Positions 1 through 14,229 of a stretch of 61,133 nucleotides of DNA are shown here, piece after piece. Location: NCBI GenBank assembly GCA_028826165.1, contig JAPDFW010000034.1:1-61133 (forward strand). The letters run 5' to 3'. The translations under genes were made by a program, and so were the position numbers. The stretch comes from Anaeramoeba ignava BMAN. Its lineage: Eukaryota; Protista; Anaeramoebae. Under the pieces are notes generated by a model. The model ran no database searches and was not told the origin of the DNA. It saw only the letters and a program-made list of their open reading frames with translations. Positions within the stretch are counted from its first letter, which is position 1. Every line of letters starts with the position of its first letter.

Positions 1-63
1 TCAAAATTTCATTTTTCTTTAAATTTTTTTTTAAAACAAAATAATAAAATAAAATAAAATAAA

Positions 64-3000
64 ATGAATACAAATTTTTCTATTGAAACAAGAACTTTAT
101 TAGTTAGATTAACTTTTCATCCACAAACAAAATTTCTTAAACAATCACAAACAGAACAAATTACAAGAGTTGAACCTGTTGAAATTTTAAAAAGATGGAT
201 TAATTTTCATTTAGGAAATTCTCAAAAAATTAATAATCTCACTTCAGATTTACAAGTAATTTTATTTATTAAATTAAATATAGAATTAATTATAAAATTA
301 AATATAAAATTATTTATAAAATTATTTATAAAATTATTTATAAAATTATTTATAAAATTATTTATAAAATTATTTATAAAATTATTTATAAAATTATTTA
401 TAAAATTATTTATAAAATTAAATATAAAATTATTTATAAAATTATTTATAAAATTATTTATAAAATTATTTATTAAATTATTTATAAAATTAAATATAAA
501 ATTAAATATTAAAATTAATTATAAAATTATTTATAAAATTATTTATAAAATTATTTATAAAATTATTTATAAAATTAAATATAAAATTATTAATAAAATT
601 ATTTATAAAATTATTTATAAAATTATTTATAAAATTATTTATAAAATTATTTATAAAATTAAATATAAAATTAAATATAAAATTAATTATAAAATTATTT
701 ATAAAATTATTTATAAAATTAAATATAAAATTATTTATAAAATTAAATATAAAATTATTTATAAAATTATTTATAAAATTATTTATAAAATTAATTATAA
801 AATTATTTATAAAATTATTTATAAAATTATTTATAAAATTATTTATTAAATTATTTATTAAATTATTAATAAAATTATTTATAAAATTATTTATAAAATT
901 AATTATAAAATTATTTATAAAATTATTTATAAAATTAATTATAAAATTATTTATAAAATTATTTATAAAATTATTTATAAAATTATTCATAAAATTATTT
1001 ATAAAATTATTTATAAAATTAAATATAAAATTATTTATTAAAATTATTTATAAAATTAAATATAAAATTATTTATAAAATTATTTATAAAATTATTTATA
1101 AAATTATTTATAAAATTATATATAAAATTATTTATAAAAATTAAATATAAAATTATTTATAAAATTATTTATTAAATTATTTATAAAATTATTTATAAAA
1201 TTATTTATAAAATTAATTATAAAATTATTTATAAAATTATTTATAAAATTATTTATAAAATTATAAAATTATTTATAAAATTAATTATAAAATTATTTAT
1301 AAAATTATTTATAAAATTATTTATAAAATTATTTATAAAATTTATTATAAAATTAAATATAAAATTATTTATAAAATTATTTATAAAATTATTTATAAAA
1401 TTAATTATAAAATTATTTATAAAATTAATTATAAAATTATTTTATAAAATTATTTATAAAATTAAGTATTAAATTATTTATAAAATTATTTATAAAATTA
1501 TTTATAAAATTATTTATTAAATTATTTATAAAATTATTTATTAAATTATTTATAAAATTATTTATAAAATTATTTATAAAATTATTTATAAAATTATATT
1601 TTAGAATTTTAAAGCTTTATCAGTATTTTTAAAGAAATTAACACAAGTTGATTTTACATTGGTTATTTTTATTTCAGATGTAACAAAAAAACAAGAAAAA
1701 TTTGAAGAATGTATGAGTAAAACAGGTTATAATGATTTTGTTTGTTCTATTCAAGATATAATTGATGTAAAAATTAAAAATAGATTTGATTAAAATTTAA
1801 AAATAAAACTTTTTTTCATTTTAAAAAAAAAGGCAAATGAAGAAGAAGTTGTTAAATTTCTTGCCAAACTTTATTTATGGAATCCAAATCTTGAAGATAA
1901 TCAATCAAAAGAAGATGAAAATAATGATCAAAAACAAGATAATCAAACAAAAATTGAAACTAAATCAAATATTGAATCAGTAAAAAAAATATAAATTTAT
2001 TAATTAAAAAATTAAAAAATTAAAAAATTAAAAAATTAAAAAATTAAAAAATTAAAAAATTAAAAAATTAATTTAAATTAAAAAAGAAATTACCAAAAGT
2101 ATCAGATTCTGTAAGTGAAATTTTAGCAAGATTTCAAAGAAAAAGTAAATCACCAATATTATCAAAAATGATGAAAAAAGATGAAAAAGAATCAAATCAA
2201 GAAACTCAAAAAATTGAAGAACCAAAAATACCAGATAAAATTCAAAATTTAATTTCAAAATATCCAAAAGTTGAAGAACCAAAAATTGAAGAATCTAAAA
2301 TACCAGATAAAATTCAAAATTTAATTTCAAAATATCCAAAAGTAGAAGAACCTAAAATTGAAGAACCAAAAATACCAAATAAAATTCAAAATTTAATTTC
2401 AAAATATCCAAAAGTAGAAGAACCAAAAATTGAAGAACCAAAAATACCAAATAAAATTCAAAATTTAATTTCAAAATATCCAAAAGTAGAAGAACCAAAA
2501 ATTGAAGAACCAAAAATACCAAATAAAATTCAAAATTTAATTTCAAAAAGTCAAAAAGTAGAAGAACCAAAAATTGAAGAACCTAAAATACCAGATAAAA
2601 TTCAAAATTTAATTTCAAAATATCCAAAAGTTGAAGAACCTAAAATTGAAGAACCAAAAATACCAGATAAAATTCAAAATTTAATTTCAAAATATCCAAA
2701 AGTAGAAGAACCAAAAATTGAAGAACCAAAAATACCAGATAAAATTCAAAATTTAATTTCAAAATATCCAAAAGTAGAAGAACCAAAAATTGAAGAACCA
2801 AAAATACCAAATAAAATTCAAAATTTAATTTCAAAAAGTCAAAAAGTAGAAGAACCTAAAATACCAGATAAAATTCAAAGTTTAATTTCAAAATATCCAA
2901 AAGTTGAAGAACCAAAAATTGAAGTATCTAAAATAGGAGATAAAATTCAACAATTAATTTCAAAAAAAGAAATTGAAAAAGAAATTGAAAAAGAAATTCC

Positions 3001-6000
3001 AAAAAAAGAAATTCCAAAAAAAGAAATTGAAAAAGAAATTCCAAAAAAAGAAATAATTCCAAAAAAAGAAATAATTCCAGAAAAAGAAATTAAAAATGAA
3101 ATTCAAAAAAATGAAATTAAAAATGAAAAATTACCTTCATTCCATAAAATTATGCAAGAGGCAAACAAAAATTCAATCACAACTTCATCAAGAAACATAA
3201 TAAAACAACCAAATATACCAAAAGAAATTCCAGAACAAATCAAAAGTATATTAAGTAAAGAATATCAAACATCATCAAGTATTCTTGATAACATCATCAA
3301 AACAAAAAAGAAAATCTCTCAAAAAAACCCAAAATATATCGAAGAAATTTTAAAAAAAACAAATGAATCTTCTGAAGAACTTTTCGCTCCAAAAAAACCT
3401 GATTCATTTAAAGAAGAAAAACAAATTGATATTATTGTCAATCTTGAAGAAAAATTATCTCAAGAAGATAATCAAAAAATTGAAAAACTTTTAAATACTG
3501 TTGATGGTTATACTAATAATACTCAAAATTTTATAAGTGTTTTAACTAATGTTTTCAAAGAAATTGATGATGCTTTTCCAAAAGTGAATAAACAAAATTT
3601 GCAAATATCACAACATACTCAATCATTAGAAACATTTGGAACTAAAAAAACTGTATAATATATTTTTATATATATATATTTTTTGGATTGAATTTTATTA
3701 TTAAAAAAATTTTAATTTTAATTTTAATTTAATTTAAAGTTTAATCCTAAAAAAAGTCAATATCAATTATTAGCAGCAATTTTCTCAATTTTGGAATCAA
3801 ATTCAGTTCAAGGATTCACAAATCAAATCAAAAATGAAATTACTGATTTAATTTATGAAATGAATATTTCATTTGAAAATTTATATATTAATTGGATCAA
3901 AGTTGTTTATTTATTAAAAGGAAAATAAAATTGTTTCTGGACCTGAAGATAATGTTCTTATTTCTCTCGAAACTTTGTTTAGTTATTATATATACACTCA
4001 AAATTTCAAACAACAATTAACACAAACTTTACTTGAAAAATTTTTATCACAAAATTGTATAAATTTCTTTTTGTTTTTTTTTTAAAAAAATTTTTTATAT
4101 TTATTTAAATTACTTCTTTTTTTTTAGCTCAATTAATTTCAAAAATTAAGAAAACAGTTTTTAATTTAATTGATTATAATGTTCCTGGAAAAATTCAATT
4201 TGAAGTTTTTATTCAACCTTTAAAAATTTTAATTAGTGAATTATCAGAAGATTCAGAAAATACAGAAGAGGTTTTATAAAATTTAAATTTAAATTTAAAT
4301 CTAAATTATTTTAATATTTTAATATTTTTTTTAGGAAGCAAAAACAATTATTGAAGAAGTTAGAAAAAAATCATTTTCAACAACTTTAAAATCTATTATA
4401 TTGCATTATATGCCAAAAGAAGTTAAATTTGAAATCAATCAATCACTTACAGCAAAAGATAAAGATTCTGAATTAAAAAGATGGTTTGAAAGAGGAAAAA
4501 TGTATTTGGAACATCTTTTATCAGAAGATGATTTATATTTTTTGACAGCAATTTTTAACAAAACTTTATTTCTTCCATTTATTAAAGAAGCTGCAAATCC
4601 AGTGTTTTATTTGTTTGAAATGTTTGGAGAATCATTGAATTTAATTTTATTCACAATTTCACAAGTTGTTCTCAGCACAGTTTCTGCTGGAACATTGTTA
4701 AAAGAAGATTTTGCTGGAGAATTTACAAAAATTTATACTTTTGAAAATGGAAAAAAATTTCTTCAAGAAATTCTTTCTAAACCTATTATTGAATATTGTA
4801 AATCAAATGATTCTTTAGATTTGGATCCATCAAACGCTAATTTTGAAGGGAATTTGGAAGAAAATACTGAAAAAATGAAGCATTATTTACAATCATTTTC
4901 AAAAGCAATTTTATCATCAGCTCAAAAAGTTCCTGAAAATTTTAAAGTTATTTCTTCTTTGATTAAACAAGATTTAATGTCTAGATTTCCTGATAATGTT
5001 ATTTCTGTGATTTGCACATTTATTTTATCAAATTTTATTTGTGAAATTCTTAAAAATCCATTTGAATATGAAATTATTAATTGTATTTATTTGAAAAAAC
5101 AATAAGAAAAAAAGAATTTTAATTTTTTAATTCAAAATTTAAAATTTAAAATTTAAAATTTAGTTGAACCAAATCCTAAATCAAAAAGAGGACTTGAAAA
5201 TTTATCTTTAGTTTTTGAAACTTTATCTATTGGAGCTGCATTTGGATCAAATAAAAAGAATTTTCAACCACTTAATAGTGTTATGATTCAACAATTTTCA
5301 GCAAGATCAAATTTTATAAATTCCATTTCAGGATTAGTAAATAATAATAAATTATAAAAATTAAATTTAAATATTTTAAATATTTATATTTATATATTTA
5401 TTTTTTGATTAGAAATCTTTTGAATATCAAGTAGTTAAAAAAGAAGAAGTTCATGAACAATCAACAAAATTAAAAAAAATAAAACCAAATTCAGCAATGG
5501 CAACTCTTCAACAAGGAATATTAAAGAAAAAAGCTTTAATGAAATGCTTTTTAGATATTGGAAGTCATATTTTAATTACACAAAATAAATCAATAGATTA
5601 TTCAACAAATATTGGAAATTTTTATATCCAAAAAATTCACAATCAATTTAGATCAATTTATCAAAAAATGAATAAATTAAATGAATTTATTGATGATTTA
5701 GATATGCTTTTAGATAATTATCAAGATAAAAAGAAGAAATTCATGAAGAAAAGAAAATCAAAATCCAAATCAAAATCCAAATCAAATTGAAAATCAAAAT
5801 GAAAATCAAATGAAAAAAATTCTTTATATGATTTTAATAAAATGAATCAAAAACAATTAATAGAAATTTGGAATAATTTATCTGAAGTTGAAATATCAAA
5901 AGAAGGAAAACTTCATTTTTCAAATTCAGGTGGAGCTTTTAGTTGGAAAAAAAGATATTTCATTTTGAAATCAAATTTATTAGCAATTTTTCAAGATAAA

Positions 6001-6207
6001 TCACATGCAAAAGAATCAAATGCTAAAGAAATTATTGTTCTTCATTCTTCTATTTTGATTGGATATTCTAATTCAATTTCTTATTATAAAAAAAAAGTTT
6101 TCCAAATTACAAGAACTGATCAATCTATTCTTTATTTATGTTCTGATAGTCAAAAAGAAAATGAAGATTGGGTTCATACTCTTAGAAATGCAAGAAAAAA
6201 GAAATGA
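64..6207 (+). CDS. Multi-exon cytoskeletal signalling protein: N-terminal calponin-homology (CH) domain, 24-aa tandem repeat region, degenerate RasGAP domain, C-terminal PH domain
   Basis: GT-AG introns at 256-1604, 1767-1832, 1980-2086, 3653-3739, 4057-4127, 4271-4334, 5083-5163 and 5337-5412 join the exons in frame. CH-like segment ILKRWINFHL...SDLQ-NFKAL...QDIID-ANEEEVVKFLAKLY. RasGAP-like segment LDLDPS...NLEENTEKM...KVPENF...RFPD...NP...KRGLENLSLVF. PH segment KEGKLHF...SWKKRYFILKSNLL...ENEDWVHTL. Homopolymer frameshifts near 3925 and 5790. Confidence 0.8.
256..1604 (+). repeat. 1349-nt intron filled by a 12-mer tandem repeat (TTATAAAATTAT)n
   Basis: GTAATT donor at 256, TTTAG acceptor ending at 1604; removal restores the CH-domain frame. 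Confidence 0.85.
2210..2960 (+). repeat. Coding tandem repeat, 72 nt / 24 aa (EEPKIP[D/N]KIQNLISKYPKVEEPKI), about 10 copies
   Basis: Directly visible in ORF 2168..3658. Confidence 0.9.
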
Positions 6208-6307
6208 GAACAATTTTTTATTTTTTTATTTTTTAATTAATTAAAAAATTTATTTCAAAAAAATTTTTATTTTTCATTTTTTTTCTTTTAAAAAAAAAAA
6301 TATTAAA

Positions 6308-9300
6308 ATGTTTAAATTAAATTTTAAAAATTCTTTATCTTCTTCTTTTAATTCAATTCCTTTTCAATCTACTAATAATTTTTTAACTCGAAAATTAACT
6401 ACAATTTTTAAAGAAGAAAAAAAAGAAAATTTTGAAATTGGAAGATTTAATCACATTGCAATAGCAGTTCCAGATTTAAAAAAAGCAGGAGAAATGTATA
6501 AAAATACATTTGGAGCAGAAATATCAGAAATTATGGTAAATTATTTTCAATTTACAAAATATTTAAATAAATCAAAATATAAATCAAAATATAAATATAA
6601 ATATAAATATAAATATAAATATAAATATAAATATAAAAATAAATATAAATATAAATATAAATATAAATATAAATATAAATATAAATATAAATATAAATAT
6701 AAATATTAATATAAATATAAATATAAATATAAATATAAATATAAATATAAATATAAATATAAATATAAATATAAATATATATAAATATAAATATAAATAT
6801 AAATATAAATATAAATATAAATATAAATATAAATATAAATATAAAAATATAAATATAAATATAAATCTAAATATAAATATAAACATAAATATAAATATAA
6901 ATATAAATATAAATATAAATATAAATATAAATATAAATATAAATATAAATATAAATATAAATACAAATATAAATATAAATATAAATATAAATATAATAAA
7001 TATAAAATATAAATATAAATATAAATATAAAATATAAATAAAAATATAAATATAAATATAAATATAAATATAAATATATAAAATATAAATATAAAATCTA
7101 AATATAAATCAAAATATAAATATAAATCTAAATCTAAAATATAAACATAAAAACATAAATATATAAAAATAAAATATAATATAAATATAAATATAAATAT
7201 AAATATAAATATAAAAATATAAAATATAAATATAAATATAAATAAATATTATTATGAAATATAAATATAAAAATATAAATATAAATATAAAAATATAAAT
7301 ATAAAATATAAATATAAATATAAATATAAATATAAAATATAAATATAAATATAAATATAAATATAAATATAAATATAAATATAAATATAAATATAAAATA
7401 TAAAATATAAATATAAATATAAATATAAATATAAATATAAATATAAATATAAATATAAATATAAATATAAATATAAATATAAATATAAATATGAAATATA
7501 AATATGAAATATAAAATATAAATATGAAATATACAAATATAAATATAAATATAAATATAGAAATATAAAAATAAATAAAATATAAATATAAATATAAAAT
7601 ATAAATATAAATATAAATATAAAATATAAATATAAATATGAAAATATAAATATAAATATAAAATATAAATATAAAATAAATATAAATATAAAATATATAA
7701 ATATAAAAATATAAATATAAATATAAATATAAATATAAATATAAAATATAAAATATAAATATGAAATATAAAAATATAAATATAAATATAAATATAAATA
7801 TAAAATATAAATATAAAAATATATAAATATAAAATATAAATATAAATATAAATATAAATATAAATATAAAATATAAATATAAATATAAAATATAAATATA
7901 AAAATATAAATATGAAATATAAATATAATTATGAAATATAAATATAAATGTAAATATAAACATAAAATATATAAATATAAAATATAAATATAAATAAAAT
8001 ATAAAATATAAATATAAATATATAAATATAAAATATAAAATATAAATATAAAATATAAATATAAATATAAAATATATAAATATAAATATAAAATATAAAT
8101 ATAAAATATAAAATTTTAAATATAAATATAAATAAAAATATAAATACCCAAATATAAATATAAATATAAAATATGAAATACAAAAATATTTTAAATATAA
8201 ATATAAAATTATGATAAAATATAAAATATAAATATAAATATAAATATAAATATAAATATAAATATAAATATAAAAAATATAAATACAACATAAATATAGC
8301 AACATAAACATATAAATATAAATATAAATATTATAAAATATAAATATAAATATAAATACTATAAATATAAATATAAATATAAATATGAAATATAAATATA
8401 AATATAAATATAAATATAAATATAAATATAAATATAAATATAAATATAAATATAAATATAAATATAAATATAAAATATAAAATATAAATATAAATATAAA
8501 TATAAATATAAATATAAATATGGAAATATAAATATAAATATAAATATAAATATAAATATAACGAAATATAAATATAAATATAAATATAAAATATAAATAT
8601 AAAATAAATATAAATATAAATATAAATATAAAAATATAAATATAAATATAAATATAAAATATAAATATAAATATAAATATAAATATAAATATAAATATAA
8701 ATATAAATATAAATATAAATATAAATATAAATATAAATATAAATATAAATATAAATATAAATATAAATATAATTATAAATATAAATATAAATATAAATAT
8801 AAATATAAATATAAATATAAATATAAATATAAATATAAATATAAATATAAATTAAATATATAAATATAAATATAAATATAAATATAAATATAAATATAAA
8901 TATAAATAAAATATAAATATAAATATAAATATAAATATAAATATAAATATAAATATAAATATAAATATCAATATAAATATAAATATAAATAATTTTGAAA
9001 ATAAATAGCATCTTCCAGAACATGGAGTTTCAACAATATTTGTAAAACTTGCTAATACAAAAATTGAATTATTACATCCTTTAGGTGAAAAATCACCTAT
9101 TAAAGGTTTTTTGGAAAAAAATCCAATGGGAGGAATTCATCATATGTGTTTAGAAGTTGAAAATATTCAAAAAGCAATTAAACAAATGGAAAAATCTAAT
9201 ATTAAAACTATTGGAAAAGAACCTAAAATTGGTGCTCATAATAAACCTGTTATATTTTTACATCCTAAATCTGTTGGTGGTGTTTTAATTGAACTTGAAC

Positions 9301-9314
9301 AAAATTCAAATTAA
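6308..9314 (+). CDS. MCEE: Methylmalonyl-CoA epimerase (VOC/glyoxalase fold) with N-terminal organellar targeting presequence; exons 6308-6535 and 9009-9314
   Basis: Spliced protein contains [13 protein letters not shown]...[53 protein letters not shown]...[26 protein letters not shown], the MCEE family signature; phase-0 intron 6536-9008. Confidence 0.95.
6536..9008 (+). repeat. 2473-nt intron consisting almost entirely of (AAATAT)n
   Basis: GTAAAT donor, AAATAG acceptor, hexamer array between. Confidence 0.9.
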
Positions 9315-9700
9315 AATTTAAAATTCAAATTCAAATTAAAATTCATTTAAAATTAAAATTAAATTAAAATTAAAATCAAAATTAAAATTAAAATTAAAAT
9401 TAAAATTAAATTCAAAATTAAAATTTAAATTTAATTTTAATTTAAAGTTAAAATCAAAATTAAAATTTAAATCTAAATCTAAATCTAAAACTAAAATTAA
9501 AATTAAAATTAAATTTAAAATTAAAATTAAAATTAAAATTAAAATTATAATTTAAAATTAAATTCAAAATTAAAATTAAAATTAAAATTAAAATTCAAAT
9601 CAAAATTAAAATTTAATTTAAAATTCATTTATAAAATTAAAATTAAAATTAAAATTAAAATTAAAATTAAAATTAAAATTAAAATCGGATAAAAAATAAA
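9315..9700. repeat. Intergenic (AAAATT/AAAATC)n hexamer array
   Basis: Visible tandem repeat. Confidence 0.8.
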
Positions 9701-9758
9701 AAATTAAAATTTAAATTTTTTGAATTTTCATTTTTCCTTCTTCTTTTTTTTAAAAAAA

Positions 9759-9918
9759 ATGTTAAATCAAAATGAATTCATTTTACAAATTATTGAATCA
9801 ATTAAAAAAGAACAATTTCAAGAATCAATTTTAAATGAAATTTCAAAAGATCGTTCAAAAACTCAAAAATTCATTTCATTTTCAAAAGAAATTCCAATTA
9901 ATTTAAAAGAAATTCTTA
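9759..9918 (+). CDS. TSC1: 5' part of exon 1 of the TSC1/hamartin-like gene, cut off by the transposon insertion
   Basis: MLNQNEFILQ...NLKEIL; joining 9918 to 30103 (removing the element and one TA) gives in-frame ...KEILKLEKNLKENL... Confidence 0.75.
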
Positions 9919-9958
9919 CAGTCGTTTTCGATCAACCAAGGACAAAAAAAGGAAAATT
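9919..9958 (+). repeat. Left terminal inverted repeat
   Basis: Matches the reverse complement of 30061-30100 at 33 of 40 positions. Confidence 0.9.
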
Positions 9959-10605
9959 TAAAAAAAAATAATAAAAATTTTTTTAAATTTTATTAAATTT
10001 TTTTTTAATTGAAAAAATTCAATGAAATTTTTATGTTAAAAAACACGTGTTAGTTTTTTAATAAGATTTGCCATTTAAATTTTATAATAGTTTTTAAAAG
10101 GTTTTTTAAATGAAAAATACAGTTAAAATTTCTTTTAAATTTCTAATTTAAATTTTAATTAAAAAATACAGTTAAAATTTCTTTTAAATTTCTTATTTAA
10201 ATTTTAAATAAAAAAACAAATTAAAATTTTTCTATTTCGTTTATTTTAAACTAATTAACAAATCTAATTAAAATTTCTTTTTAATTTCTTTTATTTTAAT
10301 GTAGCTTTTTAAACAAAAATTAAAATTAAAATTAAAATTAAATTCCATTTTCACTTCAAAGATCAATTTCTGTGCTTTTTTATGAACAAATTTGGAATGT
10401 AGTTTCTAATAAATATTAACTTTAGTTACTTAAAACATTTAAAGAATACTAAAATCAACCAAAATTTTGTTTTAATTCATTTTGTTTTTATTTAAAGTAG
10501 TTATAAAAAATTATAACTATAATTCCCAAATCAATAAACAATTTTAAATCAAAATCTAAATTAAACAAATTTTTTTCTATTTCTTTTTTCTATTTCTTTT
10601 TTTTG

Positions 10606-10810
10606 ATGAACAACATACCTTTTCAAAACAAACAACCGAAAAAATAAAACGGACTTTTGTTTAATAGTTAACAATAATCCATCTTAGCAATAATTAAAAT
10701 CCTTGTTTAGTGTGCAGATATTTGTGTTAATAATTTTATATTGAATATCAAAAATCCTTTTTTTTCAACAACTGAAAAAAACAATTCCAGAAAAAAGGAA
10801 AACATATCCA
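10606..10810 (+). pseudogene. Degenerate copy of the transposase N-terminus
   Basis: MNNIPFQNKQPKK*NGLLFNS*Q*SILAIIKILV*CADICVNNFILNI aligns with MINNIPFQNLQVNKQKGLFFNGYSYPILTVIEILICFAEFCVNDLILNI at 17278; upstream non-coding DNA (10040-10600) also resembles 16858-17150. Confidence 0.8.
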
Positions 10811-11008
10811 CATAAGAAAGTAGCATTTTTGATAGGATCTCCTTATTATAATCTTCTTTCCAAAATACTTTCCCAAACAGAAATTTGCTTATATCGACAA
10901 CAATATGGAGTTGAAAATCGCAGTCAACTGATGCTAAAAGAGGAGAAAAGAAAATAAAAAATCTCAATACTTATCTCTCAAAAAAATTGATATGCAGGAG
11001 TGTTTATG

Positions 11009-14000
11009 TTTATAATAATATTTATAATGAATATTTATAATAATATTTATAATAATATTTATAATAATATTTGTAATAATATTTATAATAATATTTATAA
11101 TAATATTTATAATGAATATATATAATAATATTTATAATAATATTTATAATAATATTTATAATAATATTTATATAATAATATGTGAATATATATATAATAT
11201 TTATAATAATATTTATAATGAATATTTATAATAATATTTATAATAATATTTATAATAATATATATAATAATATAATATAATAATATATATAATATATTTA
11301 TAATAATATTTATAATATAATAATATATATAATAATATTTATAATGACAATATTTATAATAATATTTATAATAATATTTATAATAATACCCATATATAAT
11401 AATAATATTTATATTTATAATAATATTTATAATAATATATATATATTTATAATAATTTATAATATTTTATAATAATAATATTTTATAATAAATATAATAA
11501 TATTTATAATAATATTTATAATATATTTATAATGAATATTATAATAATATTTATAATAATATTTTAATAATATTTATAATGTATTTAATAATATTTATAA
11601 TAATATTTATAATAAATATATTTTATAATATTTATAATAAATATTTATAATAATATATATAATAATATTTATATATAATAATATATAATAATATTTTATA
11701 TAATAATATATATAATAATATTTATAATAATAATATTTATAATAATATTTATAATAATATTTATTTATAATAATATTTATAATAATATTTATAATATTTA
11801 TAATATTTTATAAATAATAATTTATAATAAATTTATAATAATATTATTTATATAATATATAATAATATAATAATAATAATATTTATAATAATATTTATAA
11901 TATTTATAATAATATTTATAATAATATTATAATAATAAATTTTATAATATATAATATTTTATAATAATATTTTATAATAATATTTATAATATATTTATAA
12001 TAATATATATAATAATATTTTATAATAATAATATTTATAATAATAATATTTATAATATATTTATAATAATATTTATAATAATATAATATTTATAATAATA
12101 TTTATAATAATATTTATAATTATATAATAATAATATAATAATATTTATATAAAATATAATATTTATAATAATATTTTATAATAATGTTTATTATAATAAA
12201 TATATAATTAAAATTTATATATTATAATATAAATAATATTTATAATAATATTTATAATATATAATAATATATATATATAATAATATTTAATAAATAATAT
12301 TTATAATAATATTTTATATAATATAATATATATAATTTATAATAATTATATATAATAATATTTATAATAATATTTATAATAATATTTATAATAATATTTA
12401 TAATAATATTTATAATAAATATAATATATATAATAATATTTATAATAATATTTATAATAATATATTTATAATAATATAATAATATTTAATAATTAAATAA
12501 TAATTATAATTTATAAATAATATTTATAATAATATTTATAATAATATATATATAATAATATTTATAATAATATTTATAATAATATATTTATAATAATAAT
12601 ATTTATAATAATATTTTAATAATATTTATATTTATAATATATATTTATAATAATATTATTTATAATAATATTTATAATAATATTTATAATAATATTTATA
12701 ATAATATTTATAATAATATTTATAATTTATTATAATAATAATTTATAATAATATTTATAATAATTTTTTAATATATTTATAATTAAATTTATAATAATAA
12801 TATTTATAATAATATTTATAATAATATTTATAATAATATTTATATTTATAATAATATTTATAATAATATATTAATATTTATAATAATATTATTTTATAAT
12901 TAAATATAATTATATTTATAATAATATTTATAATAATATTTATATAATAATATTTATAATAATATTTATAATAATATTTATAATAATATATATAATAATA
13001 TTTATAATAATTTATTTATAATATATAATAATATTTATATAATAATATTTATAATAATATTTATAATAATATTTATAATAATATATATAATAATATAATA
13101 TATTTATAATAATATTTATAATAATATTTATAATAATATTTATAATAATATTTATAATAATAATTTTATAATTATTTTAATTAATATTTATAATAATATT
13201 TTTAATATTTATAATAATATTTATAATAATATTTATAATAATATATATAATAATATATTTATATTAATATTTAAATTTTATAATAATATTTATAATTAAA
13301 TTTATAATAATATTTATAATAATATTTATATTTTTATAATATTTATAATATATATAATAATATTTATAATAATATAATATTTATAATAATATTTATATAA
13401 TTAATATTTATAATTAAATTTATTTAAAATAATATTTAATAATTAATATTTATAATTTATATTAATAATTATAATTAATATAATAATATTTATAATAAAT
13501 TTATAATAAAATTTATAATAATAATTTATATAATATTTAAATTTATAATTAAATTTATAATTAATATTTATAATTATAATAATAATAATCAATATTTATT
13601 ATTAATAATAATATTTATATAATTTAAATTAATAATTAAATTTATAATTAAAATATTTATAATAAATTTATAATAAAATTTATTATAATTAAATTTATTT
13701 AAATTAAATAATAAATTTTATAATAATTATTTATAATATTTATAATGAATATTTTAATAATTAAATTAATAATATTTATAATTGATATTTATAATTAAAA
13801 TATAAATTTATAATATAATTTATAATAATATTAATTAATATTTATAATAATATTTACTTAATATATTAAATAATATTTATAATAATATTTATAATTATAT
13901 TTATAATTAATATTTTATAATAATATTTATAATAATATAATAAATATTTATAATAATAAATTATAATAATATTTAATATATTATAATAAATATTAATTAA

Positions 14001-14220
14001 AATTTATAATAATATTTATAATAATTATATTAATATTTATAATTAATGAATATTTTTAAATTTTGATAATAATATTTAAATTTATAAATAATATTTAATA
14101 TTTATAATATTTTAATAATAATTTTATAATTAAATTACAATAAATTTAAATTTAATATTTATAATAATATTTATATTTTTATCGGAATATTTATAATAAT
14201 ATTTATAATAATAAATTTAT
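11009..14220. repeat. Noisy AT-only satellite, 12-mer (ATAATATTTATA)n
   Basis: Visible tandem repeat with many indels; probably poorly polished sequence. Confidence 0.8.
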
Positions 14221-14229
14221 ATAATAATA

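Noticed and set aside
6584-9023. YI/FI/LY-repeat ORFs, and similar ones at 502-990, 45092-46238, 50399-51260 and 58214-58966
   Set aside because: Translations of intronic or intergenic microsatellites
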